A DNA stretch of 64,000 bases from the human T2T-CHM13v2.0 reference genome, Homo sapiens: NCBI RefSeq assembly GCF_009914755.1, contig NC_060925.1, one strand, 5' to 3'. Of the stretch, positions 46,100-63,500 are shown piece after piece (the first letter of the stretch is position 1; each line of letters starts with the position of its first letter). Position numbers and translations under genes: made by a program. Under the pieces are notes generated by a model. That model made no database searches and was not told the origin of the DNA. It saw only the letters and a program-made list of their open reading frames with translations.

Positions 46100-46470
46100 A
46101 TTTGTGGTGGAGTGAAAGGACCAGAATACTATAATACTATGTTTCGAAGTAGACAAACTGGAGTTCAAATGTCAGCACCTACTCTTTTTTTTTTTTTAGT
46201 TAGTGTGACTTTAGATAAGCCAATTAGCTTCTCTGAGCGCTAGTTTCCTCAGCTCTTCAAAGTAATATTTTCCCCATAATAACAAACAACTATATGGTGC
46301 CCTGTTCTAAGTATTAACTTGTTCAATCCTCAGAACAACCACCGAGGTAGATATTTTATTATCCCCAATTTTACAGACGGGTTATGCAACTTGCCTAAGC
46401 TCAGTTACTAAGCGGTGGAGACAGAATCTGAGCCAGGCAGTTGGCTCCAGGGGTCATGTTCTTAAACATA
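46100..46470. mobile_element. MIR fragments
   Basis: CTCTGAGCGCTAGTTTCCTCA and ATTATCCCCAATTTTACAGA cores. Confidence 0.6.
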
Positions 46471-46893
46471 GCAGAACCGTAACTGACTTAGTAGTGTATA
46501 TAGTACCAACTCCCAACTCCCAATCCTGACATTCATATTCCAGGCTCCTAGCAATCTGTCATTGAAGGAATCAAGTACTGTACTATATATACAATATATG
46601 GAAGGAGAGCTGAGTAAGGTAAGTATCTCACAACTTTTATGCTCTTAAATCCCTGGAAGAAGTAGCAGCAGGATTTCCCATGATTTTATTAACTCAGAAG
46701 ATTGACTTGTGACTTCTGGGCAAGGACAGGGCCTCTGCTTGTTCTGAAAATGTTGACAGAGCTGAATATTGGCTTTGAACTTCATCTTCAGGCCTAGCTC
46801 ATAGAAACGTTTCTCAGGCAAAGCTTGATCAGGGATAGTTCACCAAGAATAAAGGTGAGAATTCCTTGTGTCATTAGCTCTAGGTTAGGCTGA

Positions 46894-47209
<316 letters not shown>

Positions 47210-47446
47210 AGAAGAGGGCAACTTTTGTCTTCAAGATTCTTCAACTTCCTTTGGGAAATGTCCTATCCTTAGGGTTTCAAACTGGTGGTCTGAAATTCGT
47301 GGCACCATATGACGCAAAACCATCCTGTTTGGCTTGCAAAGTGTTGACGTACAGATTTTGCTTAAATTGAATTAGTTATTAACATTTAACAAGAAGGGCA
47401 GTTCACATTTATATTCAAGCTGCTGGCCCATTGAAAAATCTGAAGG

Positions 47447-47582
47447 AGCCAGGCACAGTGGCTCTAGCTTGTATTTCCAACATGTTGGGAGGCCAAGGCG
47501 GGAGGATTGCTTGAGGCCAGAAGCTTGAGACCAGCCTGGGCAACACAGTGAGACCCTGTGTCTATAAATAAATAAATAAAAA
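47447..47582 (+). mobile_element. FLAM-like monomer
   Basis: Single arm with (TAAA)n tail. Confidence 0.8.
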
Positions 47583-48834
47583 TGGAAAGATTTTTTTAAA
47601 AAAAGAAAAATCAGAATATCTGACAACAGTCCGACGTGTCAATCATCATCTGGAGCTTAGCAGACACTGCTGCTACTGGAATGGGCATGTACCGCACTTC
47701 CCCATAGCCCCCTCATGAATGTCCTTTTCACTAATGTCCCATTTCACTAATGTCCATACCTCCTGCCTCCTAATAGCAACTGAAATGGCCACCACGACTC
47801 CTGCCTCTTGGGGCCTTTCCCTGACATCAGCCCTTTTCACCAAATGCCTAGCACTTTGCTGGTTGAAGTCTGTCCGCTTCATTAACTCAATTACAGACTC
47901 TTTCCAGGTTTTAAAAAACCCGGAAACGTAGCCTTGCTAAAATGCAAACATCTCCCTGGAGGCCGTTAAGGGAATAGGATTAATAGGATTTCAGTTGTCC
48001 AGAAGACCCACGTTATAAATGGCCTTTCAGCAGGATTTGCTTGATAATAAATCATCTTCAGGACACATATTAGAGACATTTTAAGGCTATAGTTTCTTCT
48101 TAGAGTTTTTATTTTACCAGTAGTCACTTTTGAGAAGTGACTCATTTTGAGAAATGGATAAGTCGAGATCCAGAATTATATGGATAATATAATCCAAATG
48201 TCATGTCTAAAGAAATCTGTATTGATGATCTACTTATTGCTAACTTAGTAAGGGATTGTTTCTTAAAAACTCCTAAAATAATATGTACATAAGTGAATAA
48301 AACAAAATCCTTCATAGAGAGAATTTTCTTGATGATAATTCTTCATGAAAAACTTTTCAGTCTCCAATTGTGGTCTTAGTTTTTTTTCCTAATTTGATAC
48401 TTTCTAAGATAGTATCTTACTATGGAACCTTTTGTAATAGATCTACTACACAACTCATTATTTTTGACAATAGTTAAACCATATTTAATCAAGACCTCTG
48501 GAAAATGTAGAGCTATAGTCCCATATATAATGAAAGTCCATTCAGATTTAAGTGGATATGAATCAAGAGAGCAGTATCATCAAAGCCATAATTGAGAATA
48601 TCACCTCTCCCATAAGTAATCAGTAATTATAGATTTATGTTATATTTATCATCTTTTAGAGCCAGTACTGTACAGTATAAAAAGCATCACATTTTATCAT
48701 TTCTCAACTAGAAATGAGAAAACATTGCTGACAATAGATGTGCTATCCAGAAAGAACAAGGAGTGTACACAGTAGTTTCAAGTCTTATATTTGCAAGCCT
48801 AGTTCTTGTTGAACTTTATTTATGACACAATTAA

Positions 48835-49188
<354 letters not shown>

Positions 49189-49768
49189 TAGGACAACTCA
49201 TAGTTTTGTTTACTTTTAATTTTCATAAAATATTTTAACTACAATTCCCTAGGAAGGCAGCCATCTACTTACGATATTTTATAGGGCACCCAAAGTTCTC
49301 TGCCATTCAACATCAGTAGGCTTTGGCAGCCTCTGAAATCACAGCTGTTGGTGACACACAATGCTGCCAACAAAATCTGCACCCTCTCTTATCTTGGTAT
49401 CATTTCAATTCATGATACCATGTCTGCAAATCTACCTGGATTGCAATCTTGGTCACATCTAATTTTACTTTTTTAAAAGAAATCCCAACTCCACGTTGTC
49501 CTCATGACAGCCTCTGGCAATATTATTGGTTCAGACGTAGGATAACTGATCAAAGTTGGTCCAGTGGGACATATGGGAAGGGCTTTCATTTTACGGCTAG
49601 GAGAGAGGTAAGTGAAGAAGTGTCTTGTTCTAGAAGCTGCTAGCAGCCATCTTGTGACCTGGAGGGACGGGAGTCTGCAGTCTTCTCTGCTACATTGCTT
49701 AAATGTTTAACCAGGGTTACTAGATCCTTATTCCTATGTTTAACCAAATCACTTCTAATTTATTTTAA

Positions 49769-50201
<433 letters not shown>

Positions 50202-50838
50202 TAATTTATTGTAAAAGCACACTGCTCAAAGCAGAATTCTGTTTTTCTAAATTACTAAAAAGAAATAAATTTCTTTGTTATATGATATTTCGACTGCTAA
50301 TCAAACACCAGTGTAAGCAATGTAACAGATCTCTTGCAATTTCATAGTATTTCTCTTTCCATAGGTAACCAAGTTTTGGCTGTCAGAGAACAAGTTTGAT
50401 TAGGTTTGGGATCTTTAAAAGTCTTTTGATTATTCTTACTAATGTGTTCCGCCGCGTTTTACAGCCCCAAATAACTTATTGACCCACTGCTTCATTCTTG
50501 ATCATTGCCAATTGCAGGAGAGAACTCATAGATAATGATGTTGACAGAGTCGAGGCAGACAGAGAAGGCAAATCCAAATGCAGAATGGGTATGTCCTGGG
50601 GAAGGAAAAATTGCTGCCCTTTCCAAGAAGAAAGGAGTCCAAGGTCACTGGAATACCACCTGGTAGCTGGCTGGTCACCTTGAGACAGGGTGCCAGAGTA
50701 GGTGTCCAGTGTGAATTATGGTGGCCAGAAAAAATAGAAAAATTAGGCACTCAGCAGTGAAAGCTTTGATGATGGAAAGTCCATATTAATGAGCTTTCAC
50801 ATAACTTGAAGCCTTGCCACTAAGAATGATATATTCAC

Positions 50839-51191
<353 letters not shown>

Positions 51192-51363
51192 TTAGACCTC
51201 AGGTGGTCTTGCTTCCTTATTTTAAAACTTCCTTTGCAATGGAGTCTAAATAATCTTTTTGGCCTTCTTGGGACGTAGTGAGGGGACATGGAAGAGTTTG
51301 ACATACATGTGGCTCAGAGCCAGTATTTCTACCGTCCAAGTCTTGGCATTCCTTCCCCTGCAT

Positions 51364-51515
51364 CAGGGATTCTCTACCTTGGCACTGTGGTCATTTTGGG
51401 GCATCATAGTGTTTCGTAGTACCTCTGACCTCTACCCAGTAGAAGACTGTAGCCCCCTGCCGGTTGTGACAGTCAAAACTGGCTGTGGACACTGCCCAGT
51501 TGTAAGTACCACTGC
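51364..51515 (+). mobile_element. MER20-like hAT element
   Basis: CCTTGGCACT..CATTTTGG...CCTCTACCCAGTAGA...GTTGTGACA...ACCACTG. Confidence 0.65.
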
Positions 51516-52401
51516 TCTACACCATCCCAAGGGGTTTCTTATCTTTACCCTGCAGTGCAGCCAACCTCATGGCCACAGGCTAAAGCAATCTCTCTCTTCT
51601 TTGAAGTTCGTTGGCAACTGTAGTCCATCACAATCTATTTACCATTCACCATTAGCTGCTGTGTATTATGAGTTGTCTTTTATGTGTGTTTGTATCATAA
51701 CCTATCCAGAATGTAACATCCTTGAGGAGAGAATTCCTCATCCATGCAATAGCTCTCTATTTCTCACAGCACTCCCCCACAGTTGCCAGTAAACATTAGT
51801 TGCTTGAATCATTGATAGTTTTTCAATGTTCCATTTGATGTCAAAGGATATCTCAGATGACCCTTCTAGAATTGGTGCCCTTTGTGCAAAGAGAAAATTA
51901 TAAACCCTAGACTTTGACTTAGCTCTTATTAAAAGTGAAGCCATAGGGAGAGAAAAATCAGGATAGTATTTCTTTGAGATGGTAAGATTACCCATGATGC
52001 AAAGACTTTTGAGAAGGAAACTCTGAACTTGTTACCCTCGGACAGAGAAGAGGGAGAAGGCTGAAAAATATTTACTTGTCAGTCACCATAACGACACAAG
52101 GAGAAAAGAGCATTAGCCAAGTGGGGTAAAGTTCTGAACTTATTCTGATTTTTAGTATCATAAAGTTACGTTTCTGGCTAATTTTTTTTTAATGAAGGGC
52201 AAAACATCCTCTTGTAATAATCAATTTTTAAGTGCAAAATTTTTTTGCCCACTCCTATGGAATTTAACCCTTAACTTTGAGTCTGAGGTTGCAAGTTTGT
52301 TGTAGGATACTGTATTTATTATATGTTTATTATAAGGAAATGCAACTTTTTAACTCATTTATTGTAAAAATTTAGCTTGCCCACCTAAGTTTTAATGTAT
52401 G

Positions 52402-53045
52402 CAATTGGCCCTCCATATGAAGCATCTGCTGATTGAACCACCCATGATATTTGGAGGCTGGGTTGTGGTGGCTCATGCCTGTAATCCTAGCACTTTGGGA
52501 GGTCGAGGTGGGAGGATCACTTGAACCCAGGAGTTCGAGACCAACTTGGGCAATATAACAAGACCTTGACTCTACAAAAATTTAAAATATTAGCCGGGCG
52601 TGGTGGTGTGCACCTGTAGTTTTGGCTACTTGGGAGGCTGAGATGGGAGGATTGTCTGAGCATGGGAAGTCGAAACTGCACTAAGCCTTGTTAGTGCCAC
52701 TGCACTCCAACTTGGGTGACGGAGTGAGACCCTGTCTCAAAAAAACCCGTAATTTTGGGTGGCGGGAGGCGGGGAAACAAGGATGGCTGTGTTGTACTGA
52801 CCATTTACAGACTTTTTTTTCTTATCATTATTCCCTAAACAATACAGAATAACAGCTATTTACATAGCATTTACATTGATTAGGTACTATAAGTAATCTA
52901 GAGATGATTTAAAGTATATGGGTGGATATGCATAGGTTATATGCAAATACTATACTGTTTTATATAAGGGACTTGAGCATCTGTGGATTTTGATATCCAT
53001 GGAGGGTACTGGAACCGATTCCCCATGGATACGCAAGAACAACGG
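52402..53045 (-). mobile_element. MER2 (TcMar-Tigger) split by an Alu
   Basis: AAGTAATCTAGAGATGATTTAAAGTATA...AAGGGACTTGAGCATCTGTGGATTTTG. Confidence 0.85.
52456..52744 (+). mobile_element. AluJ-like
   Basis: Diverged dimer inside MER2. Confidence 0.9.
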
Positions 53046-53349
53046 AACACCATCTCTATGATTAGTTCACCACCTATGGCCTTATAACATTCTGCTATAA
53101 CTTCACCAGTATATATGTAGCACAAATCCATTTTCTAGGCAGAAAGCACTAAGACACTTTGTCTTTACAATCTTTCTCATGCCTGTTTAGGAAAAATACA
53201 TTTTATGATTTTAACAGACATATTTCTAAGTAAAATATGATTCTTGTTTCTCCAATATCTTGAATATTTCTTTTAAATGACTTAAATATGGCATTTCTGG
53301 AAAAGGCAGCAAGATGGAAAGTGATCTTTCACTAAGAAAGGATATTATA

Positions 53350-53664
<315 letters not shown>

Positions 53665-54388
53665 TTATAGCTTCTTCCAAAAAGGTCATCAGCATCAAAA
53701 CATCTTAATGCTTATCCCATGTGTGGTACCAGTGCATGGGATCCCATCAGCTCCAGGTTTTCGCTGAAGCACTATTTTAAATGACTAACAATATATTTTG
53801 GTAACAAACCTTTCAGAGAAGCTAGTAAGATTACTATAATGCATAAGAGAGTGTGTGAATTAAATTGCACTGAGGGTTTGCATTTCCATGACACTAGCAA
53901 ATGTATTACCATTCTACCATGACTGTGTTTTGGTTGACTTGTCACTTTACTGAATGAGGAAACCACTGGGGAACAGTTCTATTTCAATGTAAAGGTGTTA
54001 GCATAAAAATGTAATAACATAATTTGCATTTTAATAGCCAAGCGAACTTCTATTAATAAAGCAGCTGGATATTGGTGTTTACAAATACTGTAATGGTGTC
54101 CTGGGGAGAATAGTGATTCATTTCTTGGATTTATATGAGTGAATTTTTGCTTGACCTTAGATTTTCTGGCCTTTTCTGAGGACGCTCCTCTTTCTTTTGA
54201 AAAATGAAAGGAACAAAAAGTTACCAAAGTTAAAGAAATCCTTTTCCCCTGAAATATTTCTTGAGTCTAAAACTTTCTTCACTTTACTGTATGACATTAA
54301 AAAAAAAAAAAACATGGAATAACTCAAAATCATTAAAGGCTCTGAGTTTGTGTAATGAGAAATGTTGTCTGGAAAAATACCTTTTGAT

Positions 54389-55236
54389 TATTTTATTTTT
54401 ATTTTTCAAGACAAGGTCTTGTTCTGTCACCCAGGCTAGAGTACTCGATTACAGCTCACTGCATCCTCGACCTCCCAGACTCGAGGGATCCTCCTGTCAG
54501 AGGCATGTGAACCAGAGCAACTCCATCTTGAATGGGGCTGGGTAAAATGAGGCTGAAACCTACTGGGCTGCATTCCCAGATGGTTAAGGTAGTCTAACTT
54601 GCAGGATGAGATAGGAGGCTGGCACAAGATACAGGTCATAAAGACCTTGCTGATAAAACAGTTTGCAGTACAGAAGCCGGCTAAAACCCACCAAAACTAA
54701 GATGGCCACGAGAGTGACCTCTGGTCATCCTCACTGCTACACTCCCACCAGCTCCATGACAGTTTATGGATGCCTTGGCAATGTCAGGAAGTTACCCTAT
54801 ATGGTCTAGAAAGGGGAGGCATGAATAATGCACCCCTTGTTTAGCATGTCATCAAGAAATAACCATGAAAATGGGCAACCAGCTGCCCTCGGGGGCTGCT
54901 CTGTTTATGGAATAGCCATTCTCTTATTCCTTTACTTTCTCAATAAACTTGCTTTTGCTTTACTCTGTGGACTTGCCCTGAATTCTTTCTTGCTCGAGAT
55001 CCAAGAACCCTCTCGTTGGGTCTGGATCGAGATCCCTCTCCTGCACACTCCCACCTGAACCTACCAAGTAGCTGGGATCACAGGCACACACCTGGCTAAT
55101 TTTTAAATTTTATTTTTGAAGAGATGGGATCTCCTTATGTTTCCCAGGCTGGTCTCAGACTCCTAGGCTCAAGGGATCCTCTCACCTCAGCCTCTCAAAA
55201 TGCTGAGATCACAGGTGTGAGCTGCAGCACCTGGCA
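54389..55236 (-). mobile_element. AluJ-like split by MER41 LTR
   Basis: Halves 54389-54494 and 55048-55236 rejoin as ...GATCCTCC|CACCT... Confidence 0.85.
54495..55047 (+). mobile_element. ERV1 solo LTR MER41A-like
   Basis: TGTCAGAGGCATGTGAACCAGAGCAACTCCATCTTGAAT start; reads AAGGGGAGG-CATGAATAAT, lacking the tandem GAS segment of MER41B; TSD CTCC. Confidence 0.88.
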
Positions 55237-55266
55237 AGAGAAAGACCTTTTTATAACAACCGACAT

Positions 55267-55617
<351 letters not shown>

Positions 55618-55735
55618 CTAGACTACAGTTTAATGTGCTAGACATGTTTAGGAGGCTCTAATATTCAAAACATGGGTAAAAGTCATGCCATAATTCTGCA
55701 CCATTTCTTCACACACTAACTTCTAACTGCAAATC

Positions 55736-56758
55736 GCAGGGCGCAGCCGCTCACGCCTGTAATCCCAGCACTTCAGGAGGCCGAGGCGGGAGGATTGCTT
55801 GAGCTCAGAAATCCCATCTCTACAAGAAATACAAAAATTAGTCAGGTGTGGTGGCACATGCCTGTGGTCCCAGCTACTAGAGAAGCTGAGATGGGATTGA
55901 AATTGCCTTTGCAAAAATTGTAACTGAGAAAATTATGACAGTGAAAGAGATCTGACCTAACCGACTCCATCTTGCTTCTAACCTCAAAGCTGCCCTTGTT
56001 CATTCCTGTGGTGAGGCTGAACTAACTTTGGGAGGAACTTAGTTTTATAGTTTAACTTTGAAACAAAGATGATCACAGCCCTTTCCCAAAACAAACCCTC
56101 TTCCTGCCTGGGGACTAGACTACCTCTGTAGGACTAACAAATCAGCCACGAGATTAGACATTATGGTCTGGGAGTCATGCAGCTGGAGGCTGCAAGATTC
56201 TGAACTTCCCCAGATTGTTACTGAGGATAACATCACTGTTGTAAAACCTAAGAGCAGTGCTTGAGATATTTTGTCAAGACCCTGTACTTGACGGCTCAGC
56301 TGGCACCACCCAGATCAATAAAGTGGCTCCTCTCGTCTTGTGGCCCCCACCCAGAAACTGACTCAGTACAAGGGGCGGCTTTGATTCCCTATGATTGCAT
56401 CACTGACCTGACCAATTAGCTAGCACTCCCCACATTCCAAACCCCTACCCACCAAATTATCCTCAAAAACCCCAGTTCCTGAGTTTTGGGGGAGACTGAT
56501 TAGAGTAATAATAAGACTCCTGTCTCCCGTACATCTAGCTCTGTGTGAATTAAACTCTTTCCCTATTGCAATCCCCTGTCTTGATAAATCAGCTCTGTCT
56601 AGGGCAGCGGGCAAGGAGAACCTGTTGGGTGGTTACAGGAGAATCACCTGAGCCTGGGTGGTCAAGGCTGCGGTGAGCTTTGATTGTGCCACTGCACTCT
56701 AGCCTGGGTGATAGAATGAGACCCTGTCTTGAAAAATAAAAAAATAATAATAATAAAA
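55736..56758 (+). mobile_element. AluJ-like split by LTR8
   Basis: Halves 55736-55897 and 56638-56758. Confidence 0.85.
55898..56637 (+). mobile_element. ERV1 solo LTR (LTR8 family)
   Basis: TGAAATTGCCTTTGCAAAA...ACTCCATCTTGCTTCTAACC...GGGTGGTTACA; TSD GGAT/GGAG. Confidence 0.85.
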
Positions 56759-56841
56759 CAGGAATCATAAAGAAATGGAATAGAACCAGCATATACTCTT
56801 CAAGTATTTTTGCCTTTTCCTTAAGAAGATGGTAGCTTGTA

Positions 56842-56977
56842 TTTTTGTTGTTGTTGGTTTTAGAGATGGGATCTCACTACGTTGCCCAGGCTGGCCTCAA
56901 ACTCCTGGGCTCAAGCGATCCTTTCACCTCAACTTCCCAAGTAGCTGGGACTACAGGTGAATGCCATGGTACCCAGC
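56842..56977 (-). mobile_element. FLAM-like monomer
   Basis: Single reverse arm. Confidence 0.8.
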
Positions 56978-57008
56978 TAGTAGCTGGCATTTTGAATGGT
57001 ATACACTA

Positions 57009-57296
<288 letters not shown>

Positions 57297-57335
57297 ACTG
57301 TCCAACTTAGTCCTTAATAGGGTTTCTTATTTATT

Positions 57336-57671
<336 letters not shown>

Positions 57672-57827
57672 TGATATTGCTAATGTAAGTGACTGTCACA
57701 GCAAACCACATAGCTGGGACAATTGTATCTCCCATCAGCCATGTATGGAATCTCCTTTCCTTTTAGGTTCTTACCAAACATCAGCTAGCCAGCATAGTCA
57801 GTGGATGAGTCCTTTTTTAAAATGAAA

Positions 57828-57965
57828 TTTTTAATTTTATTTTAGTAGAGACAGGGTCTTTCTGTGTTGCCCAGGTTGGTCTCGAATTCCTGGGCTCAAG
57901 CAATCCTCCCACTTTGACATCTCCCAAAGTGCTGGCATTACAGGCATGAGCCACTGCACCTGGCC
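57828..57965 (-). mobile_element. FLAM-like monomer
   Basis: Flanking repeat AGTCAGTGGATGA. Confidence 0.82.
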
Positions 57966-58202
57966 AGTCAGTGGATGATTTCTAGTTTTATTATCTAACT
58001 TATTTAACATATTTAAAGTATGGAGTTTTAAAATGAACTTTTTAGTTCTTTAATAAAATTGTGTGAAAAACAAAGTATCATCATAAAATACAGGTTATAC
58101 TCATTAAATAGGAATGCTCTATAATGCTTGGTGACAGAAATAGCCTCCTGGAAAGTGAGCATAGGATGAGAGAGTAGAGAGAAGTTGTTTTCAAGATATT
58201 TC

Positions 58203-58506
58203 TTTTTTGTTGTTGTTGTTTTGAGACAGAGTTTCGCTCTTATTGCCCAGGCTGGAGTGCAGTGGTGCGATCTCAGCTCACTGCAACCTCCACCTCCCAG
58301 GTTAAAGTGATTCTCCTGCCTCAGCCTCCGAAGTAGCTAGGATTACAGGTGCCCGCCACCATACCAGGCTAATTTTTTGTATTTTTAGTAAAGATGGGGT
58401 TTCACCATCTTGGTCAGGCTGGTCTGGAACTCCTGACCTTAGGTGATCCATCCACCTCGGCCTCCCAAAGTGTTGGGATCACAGGCGTGAGCCACCGCGC
58501 CCGGCC
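58203..58506 (-). mobile_element. Alu (AluSq/Sp-like)
   Basis: TSD TGTTTTCAAGATATTT. Confidence 0.93.
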
Positions 58507-58983
58507 TGTTTTCAAGATATTTCTAGCACTGCTGGTTCTGATTCAAGTAGCGCTCACCTGGAATTCTGACCAAGGACTGCTAGGTTCCTGTGTGTGGGGC
58601 AATTATTATGGGGAGAGGAAATGGTCTGAATAGCCCCTCATACTGTCCTCTAGCCACCGTGAGAACAGGGAACCACTTGGTCCATGGTAGCTGTCATTGA
58701 TTCAGTATTTTCTGTGTGCCAGGCACTGGTCTTAGTGCCTTAAGTATATTGAAAATGTTTAATCCTTCTAGCAACCCTCAGAGTTGTTTTTTCTTGGAAA
58801 AGTTGAGTAACTCGCCAAAGGTTACATATCTAGTAAATGATGGACCTGGGATTTATACCACTGAGTCTGGCTTCAGGGTCTGTACCTTATGTTTCTGTTG
58901 TTTAAGTTGGCTCAGGCCAATGAGGACTACGAGGGTGTCTAGTTTCGGAAACAAACTGGAAATGGGCAACCTAAAACTCCAGG

Positions 58984-58988
<5 letters not shown>

Positions 58989-59081
<93 letters not shown>
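58989..59081. repeat. Compound (CT)n(CA)n microsatellite
   Basis: Directly visible. Confidence 0.98.
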
Positions 59082-59536
59082 CCCTCCATTCCTCCCTGAA
59101 CATCTGTTTTATCCTCGTCTGTCATTACAGATCAGAACTTTCTGCTTCTCAGTCTACATGGCAGGACATGGACAACCCCAGTACCCCGACTTCTACAGCC
59201 TCCCTTTTAAAAGCGCCTAGTCTGTGAGGGGGATACCTTGGTAATAATTCCTAATTCTCAGCAAAAGGACTTTGGCTCAGCAGGGATTAGATGTTAACTC
59301 TCAGAACAGCAACTGGGCTGAGGCAAGGACATGTGGTACAATTGTGGCTGCTCCTTCTGCAAACCTATAGGTATGAATGGACAGTTTTCTGAAAGGGGGA
59401 AAGGTAAGGGGTTGCTGTAGAGAAAGACGAAGAGGCAACCCAATAAGTATCTACTACGTTTAGATTATACTGAAACGCAAATGAGAAATATTTTTTGGAC
59501 CCCTGTCTCTTCTTGAACCCATCAACTTAGGTACGC

Positions 59537-59836
<300 letters not shown>

Positions 59837-61480
59837 TAGGTATAGCTTTATGAATTTACGAAATAAGAAACAGGATCAGTAGCTATTTTTAAACCTGAAG
59901 GCACCCAATGCCATTAAGTAATGCCCATAAGGAAGCAAAAAAGGACAGAGATAAGAGTGAGCTTTACTGAGTTTCCCTAAATGGAAGATGTTAGTCTTGT
60001 TCTACTAGATCCACAACCCATGAGCCTTCCTTGACACAGAGGAAACATCCACATTAGCTGCTGTTTTAATTCTTGGAGAAGTCATAAAGTTAATAGTATT
60101 AAAAATCGCTGAAGTGGAAACTAGTGATACAAGGTGAAAGACAGTGGACTCCATATCACAGCCTCATCTGGTGCTGGTGCCTCAATCTTCACTCTTTTCT
60201 AGACCAAGGCCCATTACAGAGCTGACAGTAAAACTTAATAAGAATCTTAATAGTGGCCATTTTATCAAGATGAGAAAAATAAAAACAAGGAGACAAGTTT
60301 TTTTAAAGACCAAGATTATATAAATCATGTTGTATGTTAATATTACACATACAGTGTGGCCTCTTTACCTACAGGGTGTTTTCTTCTGAGAATTTGATAC
60401 CTCCTTTGATATCTAGGATTCAGTCTTTTTAATAACTTCTAATCTGTATATATGAATTCTGGGAAATGCATATTATTTATTGTGATTTTCAAGTGAGAAT
60501 TGACAATTACCTAAAATTTAAAAATATTAGTTTAAAATATTTTGTTTATCTTTGCACATTAACTCAGACAAGTCACAAATATTTCCCAAGGAGCTTCCAT
60601 TATGTAGAGCAGGACAAGGGCCCCCTCTGGGGAATTTTGTTCTTCAAGGCTATTGCTGTCATACCTTTTTCCCCATCCATCTTCACTCTGTGGCTAGTAT
60701 GGACTCTAACGACAGAGTTCAGTAGTCATTGGGGTATAATCAATGGTGGCAGCCCATGCCACTTGGGAATAATGCTCTCATTATTCTTGGAATCAGGCAT
60801 TCCACCACCCTCTACTCCAGGTGAAAGAAATATACTGCTCTTTCTCAGCAGTGAACTTTGCTGAGGTGAAAAGGCTATTGAGTTCTTGTCTTTTATACAT
60901 GAGGAAAGCCATGTCGGTGAATAGATGAGGTATCAAGGAGCATGGGTGGTGAATATGACTGCCATAAATGAATATCTCAAGTTATATGGTTACAGAATTC
61001 AAGAATAATGGGCAGATCAAAATCACAAAATTAGAGTGAGACAGTAATCTTTGATTTACATCAAAGCACAGAATTTCTCAGTGTGCAGTTGGTTCTAAAT
61101 GATCTCTTAAGCAGAACATTCTGTAATGTCTTTTTGGCAGCTGGCCTTCTGTTAAACATTTGCTTAAGAATCACCATATGCTGTCGCTATTGATTTGGTC
61201 TTCCCATAGTGTAGAACTCTCAAGCCTCTCTACCCTGTTCAAAGCCTTGCCAGCTATCCTTGCCTAAAATTAAAATTTTCCAAACTGAATGACATCAAGA
61301 TAGGTGTATTAATTTTCAGATGGGAAAAGGCAGAATAGTTCAGAGTGCAGGCTAGAAAGAAGTGTGACAGGCACCACAGCATGTGAAAGCTATAGGGGGA
61401 CTGTAGATCTTTAGATGCCTGGGGCAAGAGATTGTGGATAAATACATGAGAACATCTAAGGCCCTGAGAAGAAGCTGTGG

Positions 61481-61519
61481 GACTCTTTGGGAAATTAAGA
61501 CTCTTTGGGAAATTAAGAC
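61481..61519 (+). repeat. 18-bp tandem duplication GACTCTTTGGGAAATTAA x2
   Basis: Directly visible. Confidence 0.9.
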
Positions 61520-62088
61520 ATGTAAAAAGAGATATGTATATGGGGGTAATAAAAAACATGCAAACACACACGCCCAGGCAGGGTACACGTCCAAAAGAAA
61601 CCTGAGAATTCCCAAGCTGATCACGAGTCTTAGAAATTATACTGCTAATTGGGTCTTCCTTGTCACAGTACAGTCTGCAAAGACTGAGAGAGGTGGCTGT
61701 TTTAGCAAATGCCCGATTAAAAAAAATCACAAGGCGTACAAAGAAACAGAAAAAAACATAGTCCATTCAAAGGAACAAAATAAATCTACAGAAGCTGTAA
61801 TTGAAGAAGCACAGGCATTGGAATTACTAGACAAAGGCTGTAAACACGTGATCTTACATATGTTCAAAGAACTAAGGAAAAACATGGAGAAACACTAAAG
61901 GACACCAGGAAAACAACATATGAACAAAATGAGAACAACCACTACAGCAAAAGATTTAAATTATTAAAATAAAAACCAAACATAAATTCTGGAATTGAAA
62001 AATGCAATAACTATTTAAAAACTACAGCTGAGGGGTTCAACAGCAAACTTGAGCATGTAGAAGACTCAATGAACATTAAGACAGGTTA

Positions 62089-62200
62089 TTTTTTATTTAT
62101 TTATTTATTTTTTTAGATGGAGTCTTGCTCTGTTGCCCAGGCTGGAGTGCAGTGGTGCAATCTTGGCTCACTGCAACCTCTGCTTCCCAGGTTCAAACAA
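62089..62200 (-). mobile_element. Alu right-arm fragment
   Basis: (TTTA)n tail; flanking repeat ATTAAGACA..TTATTTT. Confidence 0.85.
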
Positions 62201-62301
62201 TTAAGACAAATTATTTTAAAGTATTGAGTCTGAGGAACAAAAAGAAAAATGATTTTTAAAAAGTGAACAGAATCCAGCTTATGGGACACCATCTAGCAGA
62301 C

Positions 62302-62477
62302 TATTCTGTGCCTGCAACGCATGAGGGGAGAAGAAAAGACACACACACAATACCTTTAAGGGCAAACAACCTTTATCCCACATAAATGGCGATGGAGATA
62401 TAATAAGCAAATGACATAATAAGCAAATTGATATAATAAGCAAACTGCAATGGGAAGGAGAGAAGGGAAAACATATA

Positions 62478-62561
<84 letters not shown>

Positions 62562-62961
62562 GCACTCACCAGACTATGGAGGATTCACCACCAGGCCAGG
62601 AAGCAACAGCCTGGGCTCCAGAGTCAGCCACTTGTCCGTGCACAGATGAGGCGAGGTCTCATGAAGCTTTGACGTAGTCTGGGACCCTAGCTCTTTTTGT
62701 AACAAGTTGTTTGGCATGAGGCCCAGTCAAGAGGGCCCTTCACACTGGGCTCAAGGAACACAAAAAGGTCAACTTGTTTTTGTAATCGTCTGTTATTTTT
62801 CAATAACTAATATATAGGAATAGATCAAAGTAGAGATTTCTCTGAAACAGTGTTGGATGAATGCCTCAAGGGGCTTACACAACCTGTTCCAGGACTTGGT
62901 GACCATTGTTTGTGTCCATGTTCAGTTGAGTTCAAATTTGATATTTAGCTTTTCCTCCACA
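62302..62961 (-). mobile_element. ERV1 solo LTR (LTR10C-like, subfamily uncertain) with expanded internal (GT)n(AT)n(T)n
   Basis: Reverse strand starts TGTGGAGGAAAAGCTAAATATCAAATTTGAACTC and has three TTGCTTATTAT repeats; flanking L1 sequence rejoins across it. Confidence 0.7.
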
Positions 62962-63147
62962 TTGACCAACATAGGCATTATGAAAATTTAAGAAGTGGAA
63001 GAGACAGAGAAAGGAGTAGAGTTTATCTGAAAAAGTAATGGACAAAAGACTCCCCAAATTTGAGGAAAGGTATAAATCTACAAATCCAAGAAGCCTAGTG
63101 AACTTTAAGAAGGACAAACCCAAATAGACCCACACTGAGACACATTA

Positions 63148-63500
<353 letters not shown>

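Noticed and set aside
51259-51792. 177-aa ORF
   Set aside because: Spans MER20 and L2 remnants, has no ATG start and no recognisable protein
54495-55047. MER41 as an interferon-gamma/STAT1 enhancer
   Set aside because: This copy lacks the tandem GAS-containing segment of MER41B (MER41A-type)
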